Shown in pieces: positions 1 through 8,759 of a DNA stretch of 32,000 bases. The translations under genes were made by a program, and so were the position numbers. The notes under the pieces were generated by a model. That model was not told the DNA's origin. It worked only from the letters and a program-made list of their open reading frames with translations, and did no database searches. This stretch comes from Candidatus Thorarchaeota archaeon (lineage in GTDB: Archaea; Asgardarchaeota; Thorarchaeia; Thorarchaeales; Thorarchaeaceae): positions 180,001-212,000 of the forward strand of contig SHMX01000001.1 in NCBI GenBank assembly GCA_008080745.1, read 5' to 3'. Position 1 is the stretch's first letter. Every line of letters starts with the position of its first letter.

Positions 1-177
1 AAGAACGGACTGGATACTGTAGGGAAACTATCCAAAGCTCCAACAATATACCCAAGAATACCTCTTGATCTTTTTTTGATTTTTGAAGAATTTATGGTGC
101 GAAAACATGTAGATCAACTAAAATCTAAAGGTATAATCAGACAGGAAGAAGAAAAACTAATGATAGAAAGAAAATGA
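1..177 (+). CDS. 3' fragment of a gene entering the window; possible C-terminal winged helix
   Basis: Frame 1 is open from base 1 to TGA at 175-177: KNGLDTVGKLSKAPTIYPRIPLDLFLIFEEFMVRKHVDQLKSKGIIRQEEEKLMIERK. The V-x2-H-x3-L-x3-G-I pattern resembles wHTH tails such as those of MBL-fold hydrolases; product call is weak. Confidence 0.6.
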   Translation, partial: KNGLDTVGKLSKAPTIYPRIPLDLFLIFEEFMVRKHVDQLKSKGIIRQEEEKLMIERK

Positions 178-195
178 GAGGCCATGATGGCCTCT
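177..195. terminator. Hairpin between convergent genes, candidate bidirectional terminator
   Basis: Perfect inverted repeat agaggccat-g-atggcctct between the stop at 177 (+) and the stop at 204 (-); T-rich runs follow on both strands. Confidence 0.55.
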
Positions 196-203
196 TTGTG
201 CGT

Positions 204-989
204 CTATTTGTGTTTGAAAGACGGTTCGCGTTTCGCTAAGAAAGCATCAACACCTTCTTGTTTGTCTTCAGTGTTAAAGACTGCTGAAAACTGTCTGACT
301 TCGAATTCGAGATTCTTTTCCAAGGTCATTTCAAACGCATTATTGAGAGACTCTTTAGCAAGTCTAATAGCCACACCAGGTTTTGCTGCGAGATTGGTAG
401 CGAGTTGTTTCGTTCCTTCCATTAGCTCTTCTACGGAAACAAACATTCTATTGATAAGCCCTATTCTAAGTGCTTCTTCAGCTTTGATTTGATCACCAGT
501 ATAGACCAGCTCCTTTGCAATTCCCATTCCAACAATTCTTGGGAGTCTAACGGTTCCACCAAAACCAGGAATAATACCCAGATTTATCTCAGGTTGTCCA
601 AAGCGCGCGTTAGTAGAGGCATACCGAATATCACAAGCCATTGCGATTTCACAGCCACCACCGAGAGCGAAACCATTCACTGCAGCTATAACGGGTTTAC
701 TCATCGATTCAATGAACTTACAGAGATTTTGACCATTCTCCGCAAGTGGCAAAACAGTATTGCCATCCTTGTCCTGAAACTCCCCGATATCCGCACCTGC
801 TGCAAATGCCTTCTCACCAGCACCTGTCAAGATTATAACACGTACATCTTGGTCATCTTCAGCTTTATTGAATGCCTCATGTAGTGATTTAACTACCTCA
901 CTATTCAATGCATTGTACTTTTTTGGTCGGTTAATAGTTATTGTTGCTATACTACTATCGACACTATAGAGAACTACTTCTTCAGACAT
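204..989 (-). CDS. Enoyl-CoA hydratase/isomerase (crotonase family)
   Basis: Motifs AFAAGADI, GFALGGGCEIAMACDIR and FGQPEINLGIIPGFGG with both catalytic Glu. Start moved to ATG 989 (MSEEV), which has GGAG upstream. Confidence 0.95.
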   Translation of the reverse strand: MSEEVVLYSVDSSIATITINRPKKYNALNSEVVKSLHEAFNKAEDDQDVRVIILTGAGEKAFAAGADIGEFQDKDGNTVLPLAENGQNLCKFIESMSKPVIAAVNGFALGGGCEIAMACDIRYASTNARFGQPEINLGIIPGFGGTVRLPRIVGMGIAKELVYTGDQIKAEEALRIGLINRMFVSVEELMEGTKQLATNLAAKPGVAIRLAKESLNNAFEMTLEKNLEFEVRQFSAVFNTEDKQEGVDAFLAKREPSFKHK

Positions 990-1165
990 GGTATACTCCA
1001 CTCCGGGATGATGCAAAAAATCGGGGGGAGCTTGGTAATAAGGCTTCGGAGGAAGGAAAAATCATATTTTAGAGATTGAAATCAGAACAACGAATCTTTA
1101 TCAATCAGATTCATACTAATTATACTAATTCGCTGAGGGACCGGCGAACGAACGGGGACCTAAAC

Positions 1166-1483
1166 TTGATAGAAGAGAAGGTTAGTTATGTATGTAAAGA
1201 GTCGCTTATTGCGATGAAAAGTTCACTGCAAAATTCCTATGCCTTTGACATGGCAATTTTTGATCAGAGAGAGTTTCTAAAAATTTGGACGTATCATTCT
1301 AACGATGGTAGAAGACGTCTGAAGGACATTATCGATGTTATTGATGTTGCTCTGCAAAAACTGAACTATTGCGACAGTAAAAAAGCCTCGAGAATTTACC
1401 TAGACACGCTAAAGGGTGTAGCTCTTGTGCAAAAATGGACAAGGATTCTGGAAAAAGCATCTCTTACCACTTCAAAGAATTAG
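1166..1483 (+). CDS. Hypothetical helical protein, tandem paralog A
   Basis: Shares K[ED]SL[IL]AMK.SL and AS.IYL.TL..VAL..KW..[IV]LE motifs with the next ORF. TTG 1166 chosen as start because it aligns with the paralog start and follows GGGGA; the ORF track starts it at 1076. Confidence 0.75.
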   Translation: MIEEKVSYVCKESLIAMKSSLQNSYAFDMAIFDQREFLKIWTYHSNDGRRRLKDIIDVIDVALQKLNYCDSKKASRIYLDTLKGVALVQKWTRILEKASLTTSKN

Positions 1484-1613
1484 AAAATATACCAAATAAC
1501 GAGATAATCAGTGGTTTGATGTCTGTTTTTGTACATCAACGTAGATATAGTGAGGATTTAAGTAGTAGAAATACTACGAACAAAATGTATTCGAACACAT
1601 TAGAGGGGTCAAA

Positions 1614-1991
1614 GTGGAACTAGCTGACAAACGCCATGTCTGGAAGGATTCACTCTTAGCAATGAAAAATTCCTTGATGACAACATACGAAATGATCACA
1701 TCGATAGAAGAGGAACGCTCCCTGATTCGTGCCCTCACTGGAAATGGATATGACTACATTAAATTTTCAGGATATCGAAGAAATGAAGGGTTCAGAAGAT
1801 ATACTGATGTTGCAGAGATTATTGATAATGCAATAATGGAAATTGAAGCAAGCACACTCCAACAAGCATCAATGATTTATCTTCGTACACTTCGCTCAGT
1901 GGCTCTACTTTCTAAATGGGCAAAAGTTCTAGAAGAGAGTTCAAATGGTTTTGATTTTCTACAAGCAGACTTTAGCACATATCAAAGATAA
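1614..1991 (+). CDS. Hypothetical helical protein, tandem paralog B
   Basis: GTG start after AGAGGGG; clear motif similarity to 1166..1483. Confidence 0.8.
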   Translation: MELADKRHVWKDSLLAMKNSLMTTYEMITSIEEERSLIRALTGNGYDYIKFSGYRRNEGFRRYTDVAEIIDNAIMEIEASTLQQASMIYLRTLRSVALLSKWAKVLEESSNGFDFLQADFSTYQR

Positions 1992-2077
1992 ACGAATTAA
2001 CTATTTCCAGCAACTCCACCGAAGGACTTCTTTTTACAGAGTCTAAAAATTAGATTGAGTTATAAAAAATGTAGAGG

Positions 2078-2093
2078 GAGGGCAGGTGCCCTC
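2078..2093 (-). terminator. Hairpin downstream of the thiolase-DUF35 operon
   Basis: gagggca-gg-tgccctc, 5 nt past the DUF35 stop; a T-run follows shortly on the minus strand. Confidence 0.45.
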
Positions 2094-2098
2094 TTAAA

Positions 2099-2515
2099 CT
2101 ATACAAGCCACTTGTAAGTAATCTTCTTTGCGTCAATCTTGTCGAAGGCTAGTTTCAGATTCATACCGACTTCAGGCATACTCATCAAGTTTGTAATATG
2201 GGCTGTTAGGCGAAGCCCTGAGGGAAACTCACCAATAGCCACAACATAAGGGGCCTTTGATGAAAGGGTCTCAGGGGCAAAGTCCACAATAACATAACTA
2301 TAGAGCTTTGCCTCTTTTTCGGTATGTTCTTCCAGTTCACATTTGGATAGGTCCTTCTGGCAGTATTCACGAGGGGGAAGATACTCTGTACCACACTTAG
2401 TACACTTGCTCTTCATGAGTTTCTCCTGTTCCAAGGCCTCCAAAAAGTCTTGGAAAAAGGGAGTAATTGCCTTGTCAGTAGTATATCCCAAATAGAGTTC
2501 TTTCTCTTCACTCAT
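2099..2515 (-). CDS. Zn-ribbon/OB-fold protein (DUF35 family), thiolase partner
   Basis: KCTKCGTEYLPPREYC rubredoxin-like ribbon followed by OB-fold (LYSYVIV, APYVVAIGEF). ATG 2515 lies immediately after the thiolase stop. Confidence 0.92.
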   Translation of the reverse strand: MSEEKELYLGYTTDKAITPFFQDFLEALEQEKLMKSKCTKCGTEYLPPREYCQKDLSKCELEEHTEKEAKLYSYVIVDFAPETLSSKAPYVVAIGEFPSGLRLTAHITNLMSMPEVGMNLKLAFDKIDAKKITYKWLV

Positions 2516-2516
2516 T

Positions 2517-3683
2517 TTACCAACCTCTCTCAAAGATGAATACGTTCACAAATTGTCCTGACTGACCTACATTATGTGCCAGACCAAGCTTTACATCCTC
2601 TATTTGACGTGACTGATTCTCAGCCTCACCGCGCATCTGCTTCATAATCTCATAGGTCATAGATACGCCCGTAGCACCTAGGGGGTGACCCTTACTCTTG
2701 AGACCTCCATCACAGTTTACAGGAATGCGACCAGTGTGATAGTTCTCCTTGTTCTCAACTATCTCTCTGCCTTTTCCTGGTTCTGCAAAACCGAGGTCCT
2801 CATATGCAATGAGTTCCGCAATTGTGAAACAGTCGTGTACTTGAGCCATATCGATATCATCTGGACCCACCCCAGCCATTTCATAAGCTGCTTTTGCAGC
2901 ATGTTTTGCACCAGGAATCGAAGTGAGTGACTCACGATCTTGGATTTTCATGGATGAAGCACCAGCTCCAATTCCTTTGATCCACATTGGACGATCTGTA
3001 AATTCGTTCACACGATCTTCAGCAGCAATCACAACTGCTGCTGCTCCATCAGTGATAAGACTACAATCATATAGATTCAATGGTCTACAGATAGGAATTG
3101 CATTATTTGCTTCCTCAAAAGACACCTCTCTTGGTAGATGTGCCTTTGGATTTTGAGCACCATAGTGATGGGATTTCACTGCAATCTTAGCTAAAACATC
3201 ATGAGGCATATCATATTCATGCATATACCTTGATGCCATAAGAGCATAAAAAGCAGGGAAAGAGATACCGTAGGGATACTCCCACCGCATATCACCCGCT
3301 TGTGACATATATTCTGTAGCTGTAGCAGATGAAACACGATTCATCTGTTCTACACCTAGTACTAACATAACATCATAGAGACCAGCAGCAACCATTCCCC
3401 AAGCAGCTCTCAACGAAGCAGTTCCCGTGGTACATGCAGACTCAACCCGTAGATGGGGCTTATCGTAAAGACCGATATAGTCTGCAATTAGAGCTGAACC
3501 AGCTCCTTGACCTGTGAACTGTGATGCTGCGTATGATAGAACAGTGGCATCAATCTTGTCTTGAGTAATGCCTTCATCGTATATTGGCTTGTATGCCTCT
3601 GCAGAGAGTTCTCTCATTGTAGCATCGTAACGTTTTCCGAACTTGGAATGGCCTCCGGCCACAACTGCAACCTTTCTTGCCAT
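2517..3683 (-). CDS. Thiolase, SCP-x/archaeal HDCF type (acetyl-CoA acyltransferase)
   Basis: VESACTTG (catalytic Cys), QVHDCFTIAE, SKGHPLGATG, HNVG. Start ATG 3683 follows GGAGG. Confidence 0.95.
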   Translation of the reverse strand: MARKVAVVAGGHSKFGKRYDATMRELSAEAYKPIYDEGITQDKIDATVLSYAASQFTGQGAGSALIADYIGLYDKPHLRVESACTTGTASLRAAWGMVAAGLYDVMLVLGVEQMNRVSSATATEYMSQAGDMRWEYPYGISFPAFYALMASRYMHEYDMPHDVLAKIAVKSHHYGAQNPKAHLPREVSFEEANNAIPICRPLNLYDCSLITDGAAAVVIAAEDRVNEFTDRPMWIKGIGAGASSMKIQDRESLTSIPGAKHAAKAAYEMAGVGPDDIDMAQVHDCFTIAELIAYEDLGFAEPGKGREIVENKENYHTGRIPVNCDGGLKSKGHPLGATGVSMTYEIMKQMRGEAENQSRQIEDVKLGLAHNVGQSGQFVNVFIFERGW

Positions 3684-3873
3684 GTGATTTCCTCCGGATA
3701 ATCCTGGAGTCAATTCTTCCAGTTTCCGAATTATATGATAATTTATGTTCCATTTGCAGTCCTAGTCTTAAGGTTGACGTTTCAGCAAAAATTCAAACAA
3801 ATATCACATTATCTATAGTTATGCTCTGGAAAAAGAGAAAAGGAATGACTACCAGAGTAACAGAGGTGTTAGC

Positions 3874-4182
3874 ATGGTCAAACATCCAAAATATCAAGCC
3901 ATGGACGAAGCAAGACAGATAGCCATTCCAAAGGCATTTGAGAAATTCTGCCCAGATGATTTCGTACTAGATGTAATCGAACCAAAGAGTGATTCGCGTC
4001 CTGGACCGATACCAAGACCTACTTTTAGGGTATTCAGTCCCCAAGAAGTTCTCCTTGCGCATTTCCACCCTAATGGTTATTCAGAGTGTCATGATGTTTC
4101 TTTTCAAGAAATATACGAGAAAATGAAAGTAATGATTGAAGAAGCTGCAAAAAGAGGATATGAGGAATTTCAGGGGCTCTAA
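3874..4182 (+). CDS. Hypothetical protein (102 aa)
   Basis: Fills the gap between the divergent thiolase and the convergent crotonase; GAGGTG upstream; no motif recognised. Confidence 0.7.
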   Translation: MVKHPKYQAMDEARQIAIPKAFEKFCPDDFVLDVIEPKSDSRPGPIPRPTFRVFSPQEVLLAHFHPNGYSECHDVSFQEIYEKMKVMIEEAAKRGYEEFQGL

Positions 4183-4192
4183 AAAACAGAAT

Positions 4193-4214
4193 TGACCCCG
4201 GAGTTCCGGGGTCA
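4193..4214. terminator. GC-rich hairpin between convergent genes
   Basis: Perfect 10-bp inverted repeat tgaccccgga-gt-tccggggtca between stops at 4182 (+) and 4226 (-). Confidence 0.65.
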
Positions 4215-4225
4215 TCATTGAATCA

Positions 4226-5038
4226 CTATTCTCCTACGAATTTTCCACGACGCTTCTCAAAGACTGCAGAAATACCTTCTGCTAGGTCTTTTGTTCCAAA
4301 GCATTCAACAGCAGCTTCAACCTCAAATTCGAGATTATCGTCGTAGTCATCCTCGAAAGCCATGTGAGTAGCTTTCTTTGCAAGCTTCAAAGCTATAGGT
4401 GCGTTTCCTCCAAGTTTGGCGCCGTACCACAATGCTTGACTCATGAGCTCGTCAACAGATGTAACTTTGCTAACAAGTCCAATATCAAGTGCTTCTTGTG
4501 CGGTAATCTGCCCACCTGTAAGAATTAGCTCCATTGCCTTCCCAAGCCCAATGATTCTTGGTAGTCTGACACAACCACCCCAAGCGGGGATAAGTCCCAG
4601 ACTGACTTCAGGGGTACCAATTTTTGCCTCATCATCTGCAATACGAATATCGCAAGCAAGGGCAATCTCTGTACCACCTCCAAGACAGAGGCCATGAATT
4701 GCTGCAATGACTGGTTTACTGAGGGTCGCAATCTTGTCAATAGCCTTCTGGCCTTGAGCAACAAGATCCTTAACTTCATCAGGCTTTCCAATCAGGCCTT
4801 GAGCCATCTTCAAATCCGCACCAGTACAAAATACTTTGTCATGTGCGGAAGCAAGAACCACTGCACGAACTTCAGAGTCGTTCTCTGCCTCTTCCAAAGC
4901 GGCAACAAGATCCGTGATAAACTGGTCGTTAATGCTGTTCAGTGCGTCCACTCGATTGAACTTGATCACAGCTACATTCTTTGAAGTAGAAAGGAATGAG
5001 CCTTCCTTACTGTATAACATTGTCTCATATTCTGGCAT
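4226..5038 (-). CDS. Enoyl-CoA hydratase/isomerase (crotonase family), second copy
   Basis: VFCTGADL, GLCLGGGTEIALACDIR, IGTPEVSLGLIPAWGG. The ORF-track N-terminal extension is not crotonase-like; ATG 5038 (or 5047) with GAGG upstream. Confidence 0.93.
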   Translation of the reverse strand: MPEYETMLYSKEGSFLSTSKNVAVIKFNRVDALNSINDQFITDLVAALEEAENDSEVRAVVLASAHDKVFCTGADLKMAQGLIGKPDEVKDLVAQGQKAIDKIATLSKPVIAAIHGLCLGGGTEIALACDIRIADDEAKIGTPEVSLGLIPAWGGCVRLPRIIGLGKAMELILTGGQITAQEALDIGLVSKVTSVDELMSQALWYGAKLGGNAPIALKLAKKATHMAFEDDYDDNLEFEVEAAVECFGTKDLAEGISAVFEKRRGKFVGE

Positions 5039-5175
5039 TGATGTCATCCTCAAGAGACTATGACTAGCCAGTGGAGATGCCACCTTAAAAACCCAATCTA
5101 TGGTAAGAAAAATATTGGAAAATAAAAAGAAAAATAGAGAAAGAGGGCTCTGTTGAGCCCAATTCCCAAAGCACA

Positions 5176-5661
5176 TTACCAATCAGTAATGTGTAGGTTG
5201 AAGAAGTGGTGCTTCTTCTCGACATGATGGTCTGCTGTGTTAATGTGTAGGTGTTTACCATATTTCTCTTCTACAAGAGCATATAGTACAGCAATCCACG
5301 GGCATAGTGGGATATCACCTTCGTGATGTCGCTTGTTTATTTCGCAGGCTTCAGAAAATACACATCCACCCATCTCGACATCGATTTCCTCATCGTCAAC
5401 TCGATGTATCTCTATGTGTGCAGCCAGTTTGTTTTTCTCAACAGCTTCAGCCCAATTTTCAACAAGCTCTTTCATATCAGCAGCCTGTTCAATTTTGGTT
5501 AGATCTAATCCATCGCGTGTCAAAAGATCACGGCATTCGCCTTCGAATGACCGTGCCATTCCCGCAAACATGAGATCTGGGCTAACACCAAGGTCAACCA
5601 TTGCGTCCATCATTGCTGCAAACAAAAAGTTTGAAGTGTCTTTTAGATGTTGAAAGTCCAT
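5176..5661 (-). CDS. V4R/H-NOX-like (methanogen output domain-like) small ligand-binding protein
   Basis: Helical N-terminus, then VEMGGCVFSEAC...LCPW with three Cys in the C-x5-C-xn-CP arrangement typical of V4R-like domains. ATG 5661 follows AGGGGA. Confidence 0.55.
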   Translation of the reverse strand: MDFQHLKDTSNFLFAAMMDAMVDLGVSPDLMFAGMARSFEGECRDLLTRDGLDLTKIEQAADMKELVENWAEAVEKNKLAAHIEIHRVDDEEIDVEMGGCVFSEACEINKRHHEGDIPLCPWIAVLYALVEEKYGKHLHINTADHHVEKKHHFFNLHITDW

Positions 5662-5827
5662 TGTTATTTTGTCCCCTAGACGTTCGTTAGGCGTAATGTA
5701 TGCACTAGTTCTCAATAGTACATTCACAACCGAACGGTCCAAGGTTTATTGTTTCGTTTTGATTAATATACATATGTTGTTTAGATTTAGGAAGATTATT
5801 ACGAGTTATGAACAGAAAAAGAAGAAA

Positions 5828-5849
5828 AATGCAGGATTTATCCTGCATT
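5828..5849 (-). terminator. Hairpin plus U-tract ending the nitroreductase-to-3HCDH operon
   Basis: Perfect 10-bp repeat aatgcaggat-tt-atcctgcatt, 8 nt after the stop; followed on the minus strand by a T-rich run. Confidence 0.65.
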
Positions 5850-5857
5850 CTGTTTGC

Positions 5858-6982
5858 TTATTGAAGCATCTTAGGGATACTATAGCATTCTCCATGTTTT
5901 TCATGGAGTTTTTCCATCTCAGCCTTGACTGTATCCATCCCCATCTTCTCGGCCATCTCAAAAGGACCGATAGGGAAACTTGCACCGAGTTTCATTGCTT
6001 GATCGATGTCATCCTTCTCAGCAATGCCTTCATCAACGAGAAGCATGGCCTCACGGATCACTGGGATGGTTATTCGAGTGACAAGCCAATCGGCATCTAC
6101 GCCTTTAGGTGGCTCAGGCTCCTCAGCTTTACCTCCATAATTATAGAAGCCCTGCTTGGACTTGGTACCGATATGCCCCTCTTCAACCAATTTCTCAAGA
6201 GTTTCTGGTGGCTTGAAGCAATCGCCTAATTCACGATAGAGCGTACTCATCGCATTGTAGGCAATATCAAGTCCAACAAAGTCTCCTAAAGCAAAGGGTC
6301 CTGCTGGAAACTTGGCCTTCGAAGTCATTGCTGTATCAATCTCTTCTTTGGTGGCAACACCCTCCTCATAGAGAAGGATAGCTTCACGAAGAACAGGCAT
6401 AAGAATTCGGTTAACGATGAATCCGGGGCTATCTTTAGCCTTGATTGGGACCTTTTCCTGTTTCTCTCCAACCTTCATGGCCGCCTCAATGGTTTCATCA
6501 CTAGTCTTTTCGCCAATGACAATCTCGATGAGCTTCATTGCGGCAACGGGAGAGAAGTAGTGCATACCAATGAACTTCTCAGGGCGCTCAGTTGCTGAGG
6601 CAAGTTCATCAATACTGAGAGAAGAGGTGTTGGTAGCGAGGATGGTATGTTCTGGAGCTGCCTTATCTACAGTTCCAAAGACCTTCTTCTTGACCTCCAT
6701 ATTCTCAAAGATGGCTTCAATAACTAGATCTGCATCTTTGACTGCCTCCTCCATATCAGTAGTAGACTTGAGTCGACCCATCAACTCTTGAGCTGCGGAT
6801 AGACTAATCTTGCCTTTGTCAATACCAGTCATGACATCGGTTCTGATACGTTCCATTCCAGCATCCAGCGCCTCTTGGTTAATATCAACAAGTGTGACCT
6901 CATATCCATTCCATGCAGATACATATGCAATACCAGAACCCATCAATCCAGCACCGATGACTGTGATCTTTTTGATATCCAA
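5858..6982 (-). CDS. 3-hydroxyacyl-CoA dehydrogenase with duplicated C-terminal domain
   Basis: VIGAGLMGSGIA NAD motif, VIEAIFE, TNTSSL, GMHYFSP, PGFIVNRIL; the second C-terminal copy is WLVTRITIPVIREAMLLVDEG...FPIGPFE. TTG 6982 follows GAGGTG. Confidence 0.95.
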   Translation of the reverse strand: MDIKKITVIGAGLMGSGIAYVSAWNGYEVTLVDINQEALDAGMERIRTDVMTGIDKGKISLSAAQELMGRLKSTTDMEEAVKDADLVIEAIFENMEVKKKVFGTVDKAAPEHTILATNTSSLSIDELASATERPEKFIGMHYFSPVAAMKLIEIVIGEKTSDETIEAAMKVGEKQEKVPIKAKDSPGFIVNRILMPVLREAILLYEEGVATKEEIDTAMTSKAKFPAGPFALGDFVGLDIAYNAMSTLYRELGDCFKPPETLEKLVEEGHIGTKSKQGFYNYGGKAEEPEPPKGVDADWLVTRITIPVIREAMLLVDEGIAEKDDIDQAMKLGASFPIGPFEMAEKMGMDTVKAEMEKLHEKHGECYSIPKMLQ

Positions 6983-6992
6983 AGAGACCACC

Positions 6993-7352
6993 TCACATTG
7001 CACCCATAAGAGCCTGTAAGATGAGGTTTGCTAATGGATCACTTTCATGAGCATTACCAATGACCTCAAGTCTTCCGTCCTTCATGGTGTCTTTAAATTT
7101 GACATCTCCAGTGAAGATTCCCAGAAGTACATCAGCTTTAGCTTTGTAGATGACATCAGGGCTTGGATAGGTACCTTCATGCATCGTCATACCATCATGA
7201 GTGATAACAATATACTGGTCTCCATCTTCGGTATGTACCTGCAGGATTTTTCCATCATAAGGCCCAATCCAATCGCTAACAAACTTCTTGATATCATCCT
7301 TCTCATTGACCTTTGATTGCAAGAACTTGAAGAACTCTTGTAATTGACTCAA
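6993..7352 (-). CDS. SCP2 sterol/lipid-binding domain protein (stand-alone)
   Basis: PDVIYKAKADVLLGIFTGDVKFKDTMKDGRLEVIGN matches the SCP2 signature. TTG 7352 follows GGAGG, just past the upstream stop. Confidence 0.85.
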   Translation of the reverse strand: MSQLQEFFKFLQSKVNEKDDIKKFVSDWIGPYDGKILQVHTEDGDQYIVITHDGMTMHEGTYPSPDVIYKAKADVLLGIFTGDVKFKDTMKDGRLEVIGNAHESDPLANLILQALMGAM

Positions 7353-7354
7353 TT

Positions 7355-7627
7355 TCAGTCCTCCTTCTTTAGCCATTCATCAATGGCTTCGTGTATGGCA
7401 TCATCAACGGAGCTTGCCCAGATGTTACCCTTTCTTTCTTTCACCTTAGCTAGGAATTTGTCGTATTTCTCTCCATCCATGAGAACAACCACTCTTCCCT
7501 TTCTATCATTAATGAAGGCCTGATGAGCCATCTTTTTGGATGTCCAATACTCGTGCTCAATATCGCCTTCTTTCAAGCGGGGATAGAAGGGCCATTCTCC
7601 ACTTGGATGATCTCTGTACTTAGCCAT
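7355..7627 (-). CDS. Small protein with C-terminal ribbon-helix-helix-like segment
   Basis: RVVVLMDGEKYDKF...SSVDDAIHEAIDEWL fits an RHH strand-helix-helix pattern; tightly packed in the operon. Confidence 0.65.
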   Translation of the reverse strand: MAKYRDHPSGEWPFYPRLKEGDIEHEYWTSKKMAHQAFINDRKGRVVVLMDGEKYDKFLAKVKERKGNIWASSVDDAIHEAIDEWLKKED

Positions 7628-7628
7628 T

Positions 7629-7886
7629 CTACTCTAACCTCCATTTCTTTACCATATCACCTGGCGCTTCAATGAAGCCAGGTTTAAATGGCCATTGCAC
7701 AACATAGCGGAATCCCTTAACACCATCAACCTCACCACCGGACCAACGTCCTGTGTAAACCCTAGAACCAGTATTGTTGGCCCATTGATGCATAACAACC
7801 TCAATCAAACCCTCAGTAGAGAGATTAGCTTCTTCTGCAAGTTCTTTGAGTTTAGCCTCGGTTTCTTTGTCAAATGAAACATCCAT
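7629..7886 (-). CDS. Small protein with N-terminal ribbon-helix-helix-like segment
   Basis: MDVSFDKETEAKLKELAEEANLSTEGLIEVVMHQW is CopG-like; 1-bp spacing to both neighbours. Confidence 0.65.
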   Translation of the reverse strand: MDVSFDKETEAKLKELAEEANLSTEGLIEVVMHQWANNTGSRVYTGRWSGGEVDGVKGFRYVVQWPFKPGFIEAPGDMVKKWRLE

Positions 7887-7887
7887 T

Positions 7888-8661
7888 CTACTTTTCCTCC
7901 TTCTTGAAAGCTATTCGCTTGTAGGGGTTACCCCATCGCTCCTCATACATCAATCCTTCAAGAGGAACTCTGCTAGGTCCAAGAGCTCGTGCTGAAATCC
8001 TCTCGCCAATACAGAATGCTGTGAGAGGTGTCCAAATAGGTGGAATACCCAGTCGGTCACGAATCAGCTCCGCATGTCTTGGGTCTGAACAGACCAATGC
8101 CTCATATCCACAGCCATACCCAAGATCAGTGGCAACAAGCCACATGTTCTGGATAGCCATTCCCGCTACAACGGAACCAAATAGTTCATTGGGGTAGAGG
8201 TAGCCTGCATCATGCCAAGAGTCGCTTGCACAAACAATGATTACAGCATCACTCTTCTCAGGATATCTGAAGAGTTCACCATCACGCATTCTTGCATACA
8301 CTGCGGCACGATAGGGGTCGGCAATAAACCAGTTTCTCCCTGATGTCAGTTCAAAAGGGGCCCCACCAAAAGCGGTCTCAGCCATCTCTTGAGCAATATC
8401 AGCAAGAAACTCCTTAGTTTCCTGATCATCACGAATAACCACAAAACGAATCATAAGCATGTTTTCAGGACTTGGAGCATGCCGAGCAGCTTCAAGTATT
8501 AGTTCAATATGTTCATCCGGTATTTTGTTACCAGTAAATTCTCGGATTGAGCGTCTTGCTCGAACGAGTTCGATTGCGCGTAAATTCAACGCGGTCTTCG
8601 AATCCTCCTGAGCCTCGCCGCCGGAATCCGATTTGGTCTTAGCAGCACTGCCAGCCATCAC
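7888..8661 (-). CDS. Nitroreductase family flavoprotein
   Basis: RRSIREF FMN motif, ARHAPSPEN, AIQNMWLVATDLGYGCG. Confidence 0.92.
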   Translation of the reverse strand: MMAGSAAKTKSDSGGEAQEDSKTALNLRAIELVRARRSIREFTGNKIPDEHIELILEAARHAPSPENMLMIRFVVIRDDQETKEFLADIAQEMAETAFGGAPFELTSGRNWFIADPYRAAVYARMRDGELFRYPEKSDAVIIVCASDSWHDAGYLYPNELFGSVVAGMAIQNMWLVATDLGYGCGYEALVCSDPRHAELIRDRLGIPPIWTPLTAFCIGERISARALGPSRVPLEGLMYEERWGNPYKRIAFKKEEK

Positions 8662-8759
8662 TTAACCTCTTTATTATATGAATAATATGTCCAGTCAGAA
8701 AACTAGCATAAATCCTTTCCGAGAGAAAGAGGGGCCCCTTATAAAGAGGCCAGAAGATA

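Noticed and set aside
184-884. Plus-strand ORFs 184..492 and 489..884
   Set aside because: Antisense shadows of the crotonase gene with no motifs. The same applies to similar short ORFs over the thiolase, 3HCDH, acd, aminotransferase, TrmB and other long genes.
1435-1623. 62-aa ORF bridging the two small paralogs
   Set aside because: Overlaps both paralogs in other frames, has no motif, and its start lies inside the upstream gene.
2099-2515. DUF35 second Zn pair reads CQKD rather than CxxC
   Set aside because: A single ligand substitution; Asp can coordinate Zn and I cannot show it is unusual without an alignment.
5048-5182. Hydrophobic N-terminal extension of the second crotonase, resembling a signal or TM segment
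   Set aside because: It is AT-rich intergenic sequence read in frame; homology and an SD-like motif point to a start at 5038/5047.
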